Shown here piece by piece: positions 26,341-34,934 of a stretch of DNA of 58,243 nt. The notes under the pieces were generated by a model, which ran no database searches, had not been told where the DNA came from, and saw nothing but the letters and a program-made list of their open reading frames with translations. Source of the stretch: an uncultured Gammaproteobacteria bacterium (GTDB lineage Bacteria > Patescibacteriota > Microgenomatia > UBA8517). The position numbers and the translations under genes are program-made. The DNA lies in NCBI GenBank assembly GCA_964600575.1, contig CAZRJH010000006.1, positions 1 through 58,243 on the forward strand, read 5' to 3'. Position 1 is the stretch's first letter. Every line of letters begins with the position of its first letter.

Positions 26341-27836
26341 AAGAACTAAAGGCAAATGTTAGGTTTTGGATAATGTCTGCATCCATCCTGTTTTCGTTAC
26401 TAGTCTTTTTGTATGTTAACTTCACAATTCCAATACTAAGCTCAAAGATTAATAGACTCACGGAGGTTTACGCTTTAACGGCCTTATTTTTTCTTTACAT
26501 TACACTGCTTGCGACACCTCTTACTCGATATTTTCCAATGCTTCCGTATAGAGGTGAATATATTAAAGCAAGAAGGGCACTTGGGGTATCTGCGTGTTAT
26601 TTTGCACTCTTGCATGCTTCATCCGCCTTCTTTTTTAATTTGGGGGGATTCGCCGGATTGAGCTTTTTGAGTAATAAATACATTGTTGCACTTAGCTTGT
26701 CGTTTACGGCACTTTTGATACTACTGATTTTGGCGGCAACTGCTAACGACAAAGCGATAGAAAAACTAGGATTTGCGAGATGGAAGGCTATACATAGACT
26801 TGTGTATCTAGCGGGAATTTTGACACTTATTCATGCTGTAATGCTTGGGACACATTTTGCAGTGCTTTCCAGCTTGATACCAAAAATCGTATTTAGTGCG
26901 ACTGCATTTTTGTTAATACTCGAAGCTAGACGTTTTGATGAATGGGTTTCTTCAAAGTTCTCGGGCCTCCCGAATTTTGGAATAACGGGAGTTTTGGTTA
27001 TAAGCAGTGTGTTATATTTTCTTTCGGGTTACGTTTACGACAGTGACGGGTCGGGTTTTGGTATTCATTCAAAACACATAATCCAAGCAAGAAAAGACAT
27101 AGCAAGCGGCGTTAAACTTGGAGTCTCATTTAGCCCTTTGGAGGGCATTGTTCCAGCCAGAAAACAAAGATTGATGTTCAGGGTATTCAATGAATCGACG
27201 GGTGAAACTATTAAAAAGTTTGCATTAAATCAGGAAAAAATAATGCATGTGATTATAGTCGGCGAAGACTTTAATTTTTTTGATCACATACATCCGGAGT
27301 TTAAAGACGATTCCTTTTTTATTGATTATGCATTTCCAAAAGAAGGTAAATATAGAGTTTATGCAGACTACGTTCCCGAAGGAATGGGGGAGCAATACAG
27401 AGCTTTCCAGGTTAAAGTTGGAACAAAAGATGTTGCCAGCACATTTAATGTTGTAGAAAACGATACTGCAAGTAATGGTATATATGTCTCAAAATTAACA
27501 TCTGCCGATAAACTTAAAGCCAAAGATATTTCTGCCGGAAAACAGCTTTTGAGTATGAATGTTACCGACAGCCGTGGAAACCCTGTCGAGAACATAGAAA
27601 CATATTTGGCGGCATTTGGACACATGGTAATGATTAATACTTCTACTTATGAATATGTACATGTGCACCCTAAGCAATCGTATGTTCCTTATGAAGGTGA
27701 AACATCCGGCCCGTTAGTTGAGTTTTCGCCGCTCGGAATTTATAGTAACATCAAGCCTGGAGTTTATAAGCTCTATGTTCAGTTTAAAATTGACGGAAAA
27801 ATCAATGTCTTTGACTATTTTGTTCGAATAAATTAA
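26337..27836 (+). CDS. Ferric-reductase/MsrQ(YedZ)-like heme-b membrane domain fused to two HxHP-motif beta-rich repeats
   Basis: RRALGVSACYFALLHA and WKAIHRLVYLAGILTLIHAVM, with two His 13 residues apart on one helix. The C-terminal repeats are IMHVIIVGEDFNFFDHIHPE and FGHMVMINTSTYEYVHVHPK. Confidence 0.6.
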   Translation: MKELKANVRFWIMSASILFSLLVFLYVNFTIPILSSKINRLTEVYALTALFFLYITLLATPLTRYFPMLPYRGEYIKARRALGVSACYFALLHASSAFFFNLGGFAGLSFLSNKYIVALSLSFTALLILLILAATANDKAIEKLGFARWKAIHRLVYLAGILTLIHAVMLGTHFAVLSSLIPKIVFSATAFLLILEARRFDEWVSSKFSGLPNFGITGVLVISSVLYFLSGYVYDSDGSGFGIHSKHIIQARKDIASGVKLGVSFSPLEGIVPARKQRLMFRVFNESTGETIKKFALNQEKIMHVIIVGEDFNFFDHIHPEFKDDSFFIDYAFPKEGKYRVYADYVPEGMGEQYRAFQVKVGTKDVASTFNVVENDTASNGIYVSKLTSADKLKAKDISAGKQLLSMNVTDSRGNPVENIETYLAAFGHMVMINTSTYEYVHVHPKQSYVPYEGETSGPLVEFSPLGIYSNIKPGVYKLYVQFKIDGKINVFDYFVRIN

Positions 27837-28396
27837 TGAAAGCCAAACTTTTTTTTGCTGTATTTTTATTACTTTTTTCTGTGTTTACTCTGCCGGTTAG
27901 TGCCCATGTATTAAAAACAGATGGTGACATTGGCGCGGTTTTACATGTTAATCCTGACGATGATCCTGTTGTTGGTGAAGAAACAAACTTTTTCTTTGAA
28001 TTTAAAGACAGGAAAAACAAATTTGCTCCAGTTAATTGTAATTGTATAGTATCGATTGCAGATAGCGGGGGGAAAGATGTTTTTACCGGAAATCTTTTTG
28101 AGAATGATTCTAACCCCAGCCTTGAAAGTGCTAGTTTTGGTTTTGTTTTCCCTAAAAAAGACATCTATAAGATTACAGTAAGCGGGGCTCCGAAAGTTGA
28201 AGGACAATTCCAAAGTTTTAAATTGAGCTATGACCTACGAGTTGCTAAGGTATCTAGCCAAAAGAATAATGCTGAGGAAACCAAACCTGAAAACGATCAA
28301 AACAAGCTGATTTACATATTGGTATCCGCTATTCTTGTTGGAGGTGTTTATGTGTGGATAAAGCGAAGTAATTCATCTGATGTTGGAAAATCATAA
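27836..28396 (+). CDS. Secreted, C-terminally anchored protein with predicted N-terminal His after signal cleavage (VSA|HVLK)
   Basis: Signal peptide MKAKLFFAVFLLLFSVFTLPVSA, a beta-rich body and a C-terminal TM LIYILVSAILVGGVYVWI. TAATG overlap with the upstream gene. Confidence 0.55.
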   Translation: MKAKLFFAVFLLLFSVFTLPVSAHVLKTDGDIGAVLHVNPDDDPVVGEETNFFFEFKDRKNKFAPVNCNCIVSIADSGGKDVFTGNLFENDSNPSLESASFGFVFPKKDIYKITVSGAPKVEGQFQSFKLSYDLRVAKVSSQKNNAEETKPENDQNKLIYILVSAILVGGVYVWIKRSNSSDVGKS

Positions 28397-28769
28397 TACT
28401 CACTTTGGTTTCTATGTTTTGATTCTTCAAATCTTTACACTCGTCTTTGGCTTTGTAATTTTAAAAAAATATAAACGTTATATTCTTGCTTTATTATTTT
28501 TTCTGGCGGTAGGAGTGCTTGTGTGGCCGTCCCGTTTGTTGTTAGCACACAAACATCTGATGGCGTCCAACACATCTTCTGATCATCCGTGTTGCCAAGT
28601 GTCCACAGTTACCGAAGCAAAAAACTTTGTAGTAGATAAGCCTGTAGTTTCGGTAGATATTTTTAATATTACTAATGAAACCAGTTTTTTTATAACACCT
28701 TATTTCCGGGCTGGTATTAGAGGTCCTCCCTCCTTGCTTTTGAAGTATTTAACCACACAGTCTGTTTAG
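28380..28769 (+). CDS. Small two-TM protein with HPCC motif
   Basis: Overlaps the upstream gene by 17 nt. Contains HKHLMASNTSSDHPCCQ after the TM helices. Confidence 0.4.
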   Translation: MLENHNTHFGFYVLILQIFTLVFGFVILKKYKRYILALLFFLAVGVLVWPSRLLLAHKHLMASNTSSDHPCCQVSTVTEAKNFVVDKPVVSVDIFNITNETSFFITPYFRAGIRGPPSLLLKYLTTQSV

Positions 28770-28790
28770 ATTAGAGAGGGGGTGATAATT

Positions 28791-29426
28791 ATGAGGAAAA
28801 CAATAACAATATTATTATTTGTAGCGCTTTTAGTTTTGGGTACCAAGAATGCATTTGCTCATGCTGCAGTGAAACCCGCACAGGTGGGTATTGGTATAAC
28901 ACAAACTTTTACAGTTGGTGTTCCAAATGAACGAGAGGTTGCCACAACCGGCCTTAGGCTGGTTGTTCCTGAGGGATTGGAACATACGACACCAAATGTT
29001 AAACAGGGTTGGAGAATTGCAACCAAAAGCCAACCTGTAACGGTAGATATGGAGGGAGAGCACCCGCCCGTTACGGAAATAATTTGGAGCGGTGGTGTAA
29101 TACCCGAGGGTCAAAGAGAAGAGTTTGTCTTTAGTGCCAAGGTTCCCGCTTCCGAGACTAAGTTGGTTTGGAAGTTTTACCAAACCTACGCCGACGGAAA
29201 AACAGTTGCTTGGGAGCTTGCTCCCGGTTCTGAACAACCAAAAGATGCAGAAGGTAAACCTGATTACTCATCTGTTGGTCCGGCATCGGTAACCGATGTA
29301 GTTAACGATCTTAAGACTGATCCACAACCTGAAAAGGCTGTCGAAAAGTCTAGAGATTATGTTGCCTATATCGCATTGGCCATCTCTGCAATTTCTTTGG
29401 GAATGCAGTTTGCCAAAAAGAAGTAA
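28791..29426 (+). CDS. ycnI: YcnI/DUF1775-family copper-binding protein with C-terminal TM anchor
   Basis: AFA|HAAVKPAQV...FTVGVPNERE...LRLVVPEG matches the DUF1775 pattern. Strong SD GAGAGGGGGTGA lies upstream of ATG 28791. Confidence 0.8.
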   Translation: MRKTITILLFVALLVLGTKNAFAHAAVKPAQVGIGITQTFTVGVPNEREVATTGLRLVVPEGLEHTTPNVKQGWRIATKSQPVTVDMEGEHPPVTEIIWSGGVIPEGQREEFVFSAKVPASETKLVWKFYQTYADGKTVAWELAPGSEQPKDAEGKPDYSSVGPASVTDVVNDLKTDPQPEKAVEKSRDYVAYIALAISAISLGMQFAKKK

Positions 29427-29433
29427 TTTTTTG

Positions 29434-29470
29434 AACCGGTCGTCTGTGTGGTGGCGACCGGTTGTTTTTT
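29434..29470 (+). terminator. Rho-independent terminator
   Basis: AACCGGTCG (29434-29442) / CGACCGGTT (29455-29463), a 12-nt loop, then GTTTTTT. Confidence 0.8.
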
Positions 29471-29518
29471 AAGCAAAACGCAAGATTAATATGTGGTATT
29501 CTTGTGTATTACTTTTAT

Positions 29519-30436
29519 ATGAGTAAAATCGAATCCGAAAAACTTTTTGCCAAGAAGATTTTGTTGGTTTTTGGACTTTTAGGGCTTGGTGTGGGTGGCA
29601 TGTTTTTGGGGATGAAATTGCCCGATTTATGGTCTCAGATTCAAACTACTTTTTTGGCCAGCAAAAATCAGAAAGAAGAAGCAAAGTTTAAAAAGATAGA
29701 AGCTAAGGTTGTACCACAAGAAGGATTTAGTATTCCCGTATCCTGGGGAGATGTGGGACCAAAATTAATTGAATTGGGTGTAATTGATCAGGAGAAATTT
29801 GAACAAGCAGTTTCTCTTACGGATGAGCAAAAGAATATTCTTACAAAAGGTAGCACTGAAAGTATAAAGATAAATGCTGATAATAGTCAGTTTGTTGTCG
29901 ATCTTTTGTGGGCTTTAGGGCTTGCGCAAAAGTCTTTGGTATACGACGAAGGGCCATTGGGGACGGATTATAAAGCCGAACGGGGTGATTTTGCATCAAC
30001 CGGGGGGTGGACTTTAGCAAAAGGTGACCCTTTAAAATATTTGAACAAATACGATCTTATTCCTTTGACTGCCGCACAACAGGGGAGGGTTGCCGAAATT
30101 GCTAAAAATATATACAGGCCTTGCTGCGGAAACTCAACTTGGTTCCCTGACTGCAACCACGGTATGGCCATGCTTGCTGCTATCGAGTTAATGGTTTCTA
30201 AGGATATGAGTGATGATGATATATATAAAAACGCGCTTAAACTTAATTCGTTCTGGTTTTCTAACAGCTATCTTAGTGTTGCGGTTTATTTTGATAGGCA
30301 AGGCATTCCTTGGGAAAAAATTGATGCCAAAAAAGTTTTGGGTAATGAGTATTCTTCCGCCTCGGGAAATTCCGACATTTCTAATAAAGTAGGGCCTCTT
30401 CCCGGACAATCGTTTGGGGGTAGCTGTGGAGCTTAA
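29519..30436 (+). CDS. Membrane-anchored orphan protein with YRPCCGNSTWFPDCNHGMA motif
   Basis: One N-terminal TM (ILLVFGLLGLGVGGMFLG), then a soluble domain with a C-C-x9-C-x-H cluster. I chose ATG 29519 because the track's 29462 start lies inside the terminator. Confidence 0.5.
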   Translation: MSKIESEKLFAKKILLVFGLLGLGVGGMFLGMKLPDLWSQIQTTFLASKNQKEEAKFKKIEAKVVPQEGFSIPVSWGDVGPKLIELGVIDQEKFEQAVSLTDEQKNILTKGSTESIKINADNSQFVVDLLWALGLAQKSLVYDEGPLGTDYKAERGDFASTGGWTLAKGDPLKYLNKYDLIPLTAAQQGRVAEIAKNIYRPCCGNSTWFPDCNHGMAMLAAIELMVSKDMSDDDIYKNALKLNSFWFSNSYLSVAVYFDRQGIPWEKIDAKKVLGNEYSSASGNSDISNKVGPLPGQSFGGSCGA

Positions 30437-30624
30437 CTAAGAGAGAAACCCGACGCTTTTACTATCTCCTCCACCTTTTTTTGATCGGATTTTTTATCTA
30501 CCTCCAAAGTTTCTTTGTTGTAACTGCACTTGGCGGCGATACCAGCATCTTCCAGATCCATCACCAGGAGTGATGCGCAGCTGGCACAATCCATACCATT
30601 TATCTTGTATGTTTTTTTGTCCAT
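30433..30624 (-). CDS. copZ: Copper chaperone CopZ-like HMA-domain protein
   Basis: YKINGMDCASCASL (GMxCxxC), 63 aa. Confidence 0.85.
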   Translation of the reverse strand: MDKKTYKINGMDCASCASLLVMDLEDAGIAAKCSYNKETLEVDKKSDQKKVEEIVKASGFSLS

Positions 30625-30625
30625 A

Positions 30626-31609
30626 TTACTTAACTACATTAAAGTAACCCGTGTACATACCCATACTACATGTATATGTCAAAATTCCAGTTGTTGTCGG
30701 GGTAAACTCTATCACTGTCTCTCCGGTTACGGGAAGAATTTTTGATATTCCTAAATTCGGTATAACGAAAGCTCTTGCACAACTTAAGACATTGTTTGAG
30801 ACAAGAGTTAGCTTAACAGGGACTCCAACCTTTAAGGTATTTGTGTCGGCCTTATAACCTTTGGCAAAAACATCTATTTTTACGAGTTGGTAACCGTTTT
30901 CTATGTTTATTTTTCCTGACACAATGTTGCTACCTGCAATTACACTCCAATAGTTCTGAAGAGTGTGAACCGATCCCCTTAGAATTTGACCCGAGTTAAT
31001 AGATAGAACCCCTATGTAAAGTATTATGGTTGCGGCGACGGCAGTAAGGATTTTGTTTTTGAAAACTTCTGTTGAAACAACTCCGAATAAGAAAAATATA
31101 GGAAATGTTCCTAAGACAAAAGCAAACATTGTAAGTGCGCCGTTGAGAACGGAACCCGAACCTATTGCGTAAATCATCATGGCTTGAGTTACGCCGCAGG
31201 GGATAAGTACAGTGAGAAATCCGAGAAGAATGGGGGCGAAATTGGATGTATCTTTTGAAACTTTCGAAAGAATGCGCATGAATTTAACGGGCGGTTGGAG
31301 AACTGTATATCTAAAGATGGGATGAATGTTTAAAAGTCTGGCTGCAGTTGCAACCATAAAAAGTCCTACTGCAATTTGTAACCACCCTTGAACTTTTGGA
31401 GCAACAACAAAACTTGCACCAAATAGTCCCAAAAAACCTCCCAATAATGTGTAAGCAACAAGTTTAGCTATAAGAAAAAGAAGTGTAGTTTTTATTTTAT
31501 TTTTACCCGAGTCGGCAATGGTTGCCGCCAAAAGGCCGCCCTGTACTGCAATACAAGAAATACCGCCGCTTGTAAGTCCCGTTAAAAAAGCCAGTAAGAA
31601 AGTATTCAT
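30626..31609 (-). CDS. Polytopic permease (DsbD_2/TauE-like) fused to a C-terminal cupredoxin-like domain
   Basis: GLTSGGISCIAVQGGLL plus about 6 TM helices. The C-terminus VPVKLTLVSNNVLSCARAFVIPNLGI...LTYTCSMGMYTGYFNV is paralogous to 31918-32277. ATG 31609 is preferred over TTG 31618. Confidence 0.65.
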   Translation of the reverse strand: MNTFLLAFLTGLTSGGISCIAVQGGLLAATIADSGKNKIKTTLLFLIAKLVAYTLLGGFLGLFGASFVVAPKVQGWLQIAVGLFMVATAARLLNIHPIFRYTVLQPPVKFMRILSKVSKDTSNFAPILLGFLTVLIPCGVTQAMMIYAIGSGSVLNGALTMFAFVLGTFPIFFLFGVVSTEVFKNKILTAVAATIILYIGVLSINSGQILRGSVHTLQNYWSVIAGSNIVSGKINIENGYQLVKIDVFAKGYKADTNTLKVGVPVKLTLVSNNVLSCARAFVIPNLGISKILPVTGETVIEFTPTTTGILTYTCSMGMYTGYFNVVK

Positions 31610-31611
31610 TC

Positions 31612-31643
31612 TTGACAACCCCCCTGGGGGGGATTAATATAAT
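31612..31643 (+). promoter_or_regulatory. Divergent copper-operon promoter with CsoR-type operator (TTGACA - ACCCCCCTGGGGGGGA - TATAAT)
   Basis: TTGACA at 31612-31617, G/C palindrome C6-T-G7 at 31619-31632, and TATAAT at 31638-31643. Confidence 0.6.
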
Positions 31644-31663
31644 CCTAACATTTAGCTACAAAA

Positions 31664-31921
31664 ATGCAAGCACCAAAAGAGAAAATCATACGAAGATTGC
31701 AGATTGCCAGAGGACATCTTGATAAGGTCTTGAAGATGGTATCCGAAGACGAATATTGTATTGATGTTGTTCACCAATCATTGGCGGTACAGGCGGCACT
31801 TAAAAAAGTTGATCAGGAAATATTGGAGAATCATCTAAAGTGTTGCGTTGCTGAGTCTATTAAAAAAGGCCAAACAACCAAGGTTGTTTCAGAAATAATG
31901 GAAGTTCTACAAAAGAAATGA
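31664..31921 (+). CDS. csoR: CsoR-family copper-sensing transcriptional repressor
   Basis: RRLQIARGHLDKVLKMV...YCIDVVHQ...ENHLKCCV, carrying the C...H-x3-C Cu(I) ligand signature. Confidence 0.85.
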   Translation: MQAPKEKIIRRLQIARGHLDKVLKMVSEDEYCIDVVHQSLAVQAALKKVDQEILENHLKCCVAESIKKGQTTKVVSEIMEVLQKK

Positions 31922-32277
31922 GCATTGATAAAATTGCCGTAATCATTGGAGGAGCAGGGCTAATAGCCCTTATCTATTGGTTCTTTTTTGGTAAAAAAGA
32001 TAACGAAGTGGTAGGGGAAGGCATTCTTAATGTTGCCGTTGACGGGGGATATAATCCGTCAAAAATAGTAATCCGAAAAGGTAAAACCACAACCTTGATT
32101 TTTGAAAGAAGGGATCCTAATTCTTGTTTGGAAGAAATAATTATTCCGGATTTTAAGATAAAAAAATATTTACCTCTAAACAAGAAAATTGCAATTACAC
32201 TGACACCTAGAAAAAATGGAGTTTATCCTATGCACTGCGGAATGAGCATGTTTCACGGAAAAATAATTGTTAAGTAG
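31918..32277 (+). CDS. Membrane-anchored cupredoxin-like domain protein
   Basis: N-terminal TM, then NSCLEEIIIPDFKI...VYPMHCGMSMFHGKIIV. ATGA overlap with csoR. Confidence 0.7.
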   Translation: MSIDKIAVIIGGAGLIALIYWFFFGKKDNEVVGEGILNVAVDGGYNPSKIVIRKGKTTTLIFERRDPNSCLEEIIIPDFKIKKYLPLNKKIAITLTPRKNGVYPMHCGMSMFHGKIIVK

Positions 32278-32290
32278 TATTTATTAAGAT

Positions 32291-34399
32291 ATGACATCCA
32301 AAAAATCTTTTCCAATAATCGGCATGCACTGTGCGTCCTGTGCCAAACTTTTGGAAAGAAGCATAAGTAGGGTTCCGGGTGTTGTTTCTTGTGCGGTAAA
32401 TTATGCTAGCGAGTCGGCGGTTGTAGAGGTTGATGCTGGCTTGGTTACAGACACAGATTTATCCAATGTGGTAGAAAACACCGGATATAAAGCCGTTTTT
32501 AAAACGGACGAAAATGAAAAGTCTCCCGAAGAAATAAAGGATGAGGAGAAAGAAAAAGAACTCAAAAATCTTAAGTTAAAAGTTTTGGTTTCTTCCGTTT
32601 TGTCTATAATAATATTTTTCGGGAGTTTTCCCGAGTTTTTTGGTTTTTCGTTGGGCTCCATGCTTCTCCTTTTATTGACTACCCCCGTGCAATTTTGGGC
32701 CGGAAAGGAATTTTATCTAGCAACTTGGTCCGGTTTAAAAAATCGAGCAGCCAGCATGGATACTTTGATAGCAATTGGAACAACTGCAGCTTACGGATAT
32801 TCGGTTGCTTCTATGTTCGGCCTTGTAAGCGGAATGTATTTTGATACCGCGGCTGTAATTATTACCTTGATTTTGTTGGGGAGATACCTGGAGGCAAAAG
32901 CGAAAAGTCACACAAGCGATGCTATTAAAAAACTTTTAGGGCTTCAGGCAAAAACCGCCAGAATTATTAGAAACGGTAAAGAGGTGGATATACCTTTGGA
33001 GGAAGTAGTTTCGGGAGATAAAATTAGGGTTAGACCCGGTGAAAAAATACCCGTAGACGGATTGATTATTGAAGGCTCCAGTTCTGTTGACGAGTCAATG
33101 GTTACGGGTGAGTCTATACCCGTGGATAAAATCGTAGGAATGTCTGTCATAGGATCAACTTTAAACAAATCCGGCAGTTTTATTTTTAAAGCGACAAAAG
33201 TAGGTAGCGAAACAATGCTTTCGAGAATTGTGGAGATGGTTAAGGAGGCGCAGTCCAGCAGGGCTCCTATACAAAGAACTGCTGATATTGTCTCTTCGTA
33301 TTTTGTTCCTGTGGTTTTGATGCTTTCGGTTGGTACCTTTGTGATTTGGTATGTTCTGGGATATCCCGTTTCCGCATTTGTTAACCTGGTAGCGGTACTA
33401 ATTATCGCTTGCCCGTGTGCAATGGGTTTGGCAACACCCACCGCTATAATGGTTGGAACTGGTAGAGGTGCAGAAAAGGGGATTTTGATAAAAGACGCAG
33501 AAAGTTTGGAAACAGCTCATAAAGTAAAAACTGTTATTTTTGATAAGACAGGTACTTTAACAAAAGGTGAACCTGTTGTTACAAAATTAAGCAGTTTGGG
33601 TATTTTGCCAATTGTCGCTTCTTTAGAGCAGGGATCGGAGCACTCACTGGCCGAGGCAATACTAAACTACGCCAAGCAAAAAAAGACAAAACTACTTAAA
33701 GTCTCCGATTTTGGATCGATTGCAGGAAGCGGTATAGAAGGGGTAATAGCAGGTAAACGATACTTTTTTGGAAAAATCCAGAAAAAAAGCGAAGAAGTAA
33801 AAAATCTGGAGGAACAAGGCAATACGGTGATGGGTTTAACTCAAGGATCAAAATTTTTGGGATATGTTGCAGTTTCTGACACATTAAAAGAAGGGGTTGG
33901 GGAAGTTATTAAAAAATTGAAAAGTAAGGGTATTGAGACCTGGATGGTAACGGGGGATAACGAAAGGACTGCAAATGCGGTTGCAAAATCGGCCGGAATA
34001 AAAAACGTTTTAGCGGAAGTATTACCCGGAGACAAGGCCAAAAAAGTTAAAGAATTTTCGAATGTAGCATTTGTGGGCGACGGTGTTAATGATGCACCCG
34101 CTTTGGCTGCCGCAAACATTGGTGTAGCCATGGGGACAGGAACGGACGTCGCGATGGAATTTGCCGGTATAACTTTACTTAATAAAAACTTTGACTCTTT
34201 TCTTTCTGCAATTAATCTAAGTAGATCAACAATGAATGTTATCAAGCAAAATTTGTTTTGGGCGTTTGGATACAATGTTGTATTAATCCCGGTTGCCGCA
34301 ATTGGGATTCTTAATCCAATGCTTGCCTCGTTTGCTATGGCAGCATCTTCTATTTCTGTAGTTTTGAATTCTTTGAGGCTTGGAAAAATGAAGATTTGA
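32291..34399 (+). CDS. copA: Copper-translocating P1B-type ATPase CopA
   Basis: N-terminal [18 protein letters not shown] ([11 protein letters not shown]), DKTGTLT and [10 protein letters not shown]. Confidence 0.95.
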   Translation: MTSKKSFPIIGMHCASCAKLLERSISRVPGVVSCAVNYASESAVVEVDAGLVTDTDLSNVVENTGYKAVFKTDENEKSPEEIKDEEKEKELKNLKLKVLVSSVLSIIIFFGSFPEFFGFSLGSMLLLLLTTPVQFWAGKEFYLATWSGLKNRAASMDTLIAIGTTAAYGYSVASMFGLVSGMYFDTAAVIITLILLGRYLEAKAKSHTSDAIKKLLGLQAKTARIIRNGKEVDIPLEEVVSGDKIRVRPGEKIPVDGLIIEGSSSVDESMVTGESIPVDKIVGMSVIGSTLNKSGSFIFKATKVGSETMLSRIVEMVKEAQSSRAPIQRTADIVSSYFVPVVLMLSVGTFVIWYVLGYPVSAFVNLVAVLIIACPCAMGLATPTAIMVGTGRGAEKGILIKDAESLETAHKVKTVIFDKTGTLTKGEPVVTKLSSLGILPIVASLEQGSEHSLAEAILNYAKQKKTKLLKVSDFGSIAGSGIEGVIAGKRYFFGKIQKKSEEVKNLEEQGNTVMGLTQGSKFLGYVAVSDTLKEGVGEVIKKLKSKGIETWMVTGDNERTANAVAKSAGIKNVLAEVLPGDKAKKVKEFSNVAFVGDGVNDAPALAAANIGVAMGTGTDVAMEFAGITLLNKNFDSFLSAINLSRSTMNVIKQNLFWAFGYNVVLIPVAAIGILNPMLASFAMAASSISVVLNSLRLGKMKI

Positions 34400-34431
34400 A
34401 TAACTAAAAAGAAAGGAGGTGAATTCTAGTA

Positions 34432-34461
34432 TTGACCCTTTATTATTTAAGCGTGTATATT
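34432..34461 (+). promoter_or_regulatory. Sigma70-like promoter for the trxA leader (TTGACC-N18-TATATT)
   Basis: TTGACC at 34432-34437 and TGTATATT at 34454-34461. Confidence 0.5.
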
Positions 34462-34467
34462 GGGTCG

Positions 34468-34582
34468 AAGGATACTTATAGCAAACTCAAAACGAAATGA
34501 CGGTTTTTGCAGTTATGTTTTGAGTTTGGTATATAGGAATTATATCCTTGCTAAACAAAATGCCAAGACTGACATTTTGTTT
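34468..34582 (+). promoter_or_regulatory. Structured 5' leader: ~82-nt three-segment hairpin plus a second 10-bp hairpin just upstream of trxA
   Basis: Pairings are 34468-74/34543-49, 34475-80/34532-37 and 34482-93/34517-28 (12 bp, perfect). The second hairpin pairs 34553-62 with 34573-82. Confidence 0.45.
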
Positions 34583-34594
34583 TAATAAGACTAT

Positions 34595-34918
34595 ATGGCA
34601 ACAAACATTATTACAGATAAAGATTTTGAAGAAAAAGTTTTAAAAAATAGTAAGCCTGTACTTGTAGATTTTTGGGCAACCTGGTGCGGACCTTGCCAGA
34701 TGGCGGCACCCGTTTTAGAGGAGCTCTCCGAAGAATATAAAGACAAAGCAGAGATTGTTAAGATTGATGTTGATGCAAATCATGAAAGTGTCATGAAATA
34801 CAGCATATTTTCTATTCCTACCACTGTTATGTTTAAAGACGGCAAAGAAGTGGGGAGACAAGTTGGTTTTGCAGGAAAACAAGCCTTTAAAGATGTAATT
34901 ATGAAAGGTTTGGTTTAG
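34595..34918 (+). CDS. trxA: Thioredoxin
   Basis: VDFWATWCGPCQ active site, 107 aa. Confidence 0.92.
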   Translation: MATNIITDKDFEEKVLKNSKPVLVDFWATWCGPCQMAAPVLEELSEEYKDKAEIVKIDVDANHESVMKYSIFSIPTTVMFKDGKEVGRQVGFAGKQAFKDVIMKGLV

Positions 34919-34934
34919 ACGGAGGTGATTATTT

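Noticed and set aside
28353-28361. Perfect DnaA-box-like 9-mer TGTGGATAA
   Set aside because: It is a single copy inside a coding region with no cluster, AT-rich unwinding element or dnaA/dnaN nearby, which is consistent with chance.
29462-29518. N-terminal extension of the CCGN-motif protein
   Set aside because: The start lies inside the terminator stem/T-run of the upstream operon. ATG 29519 precedes the TM segment.
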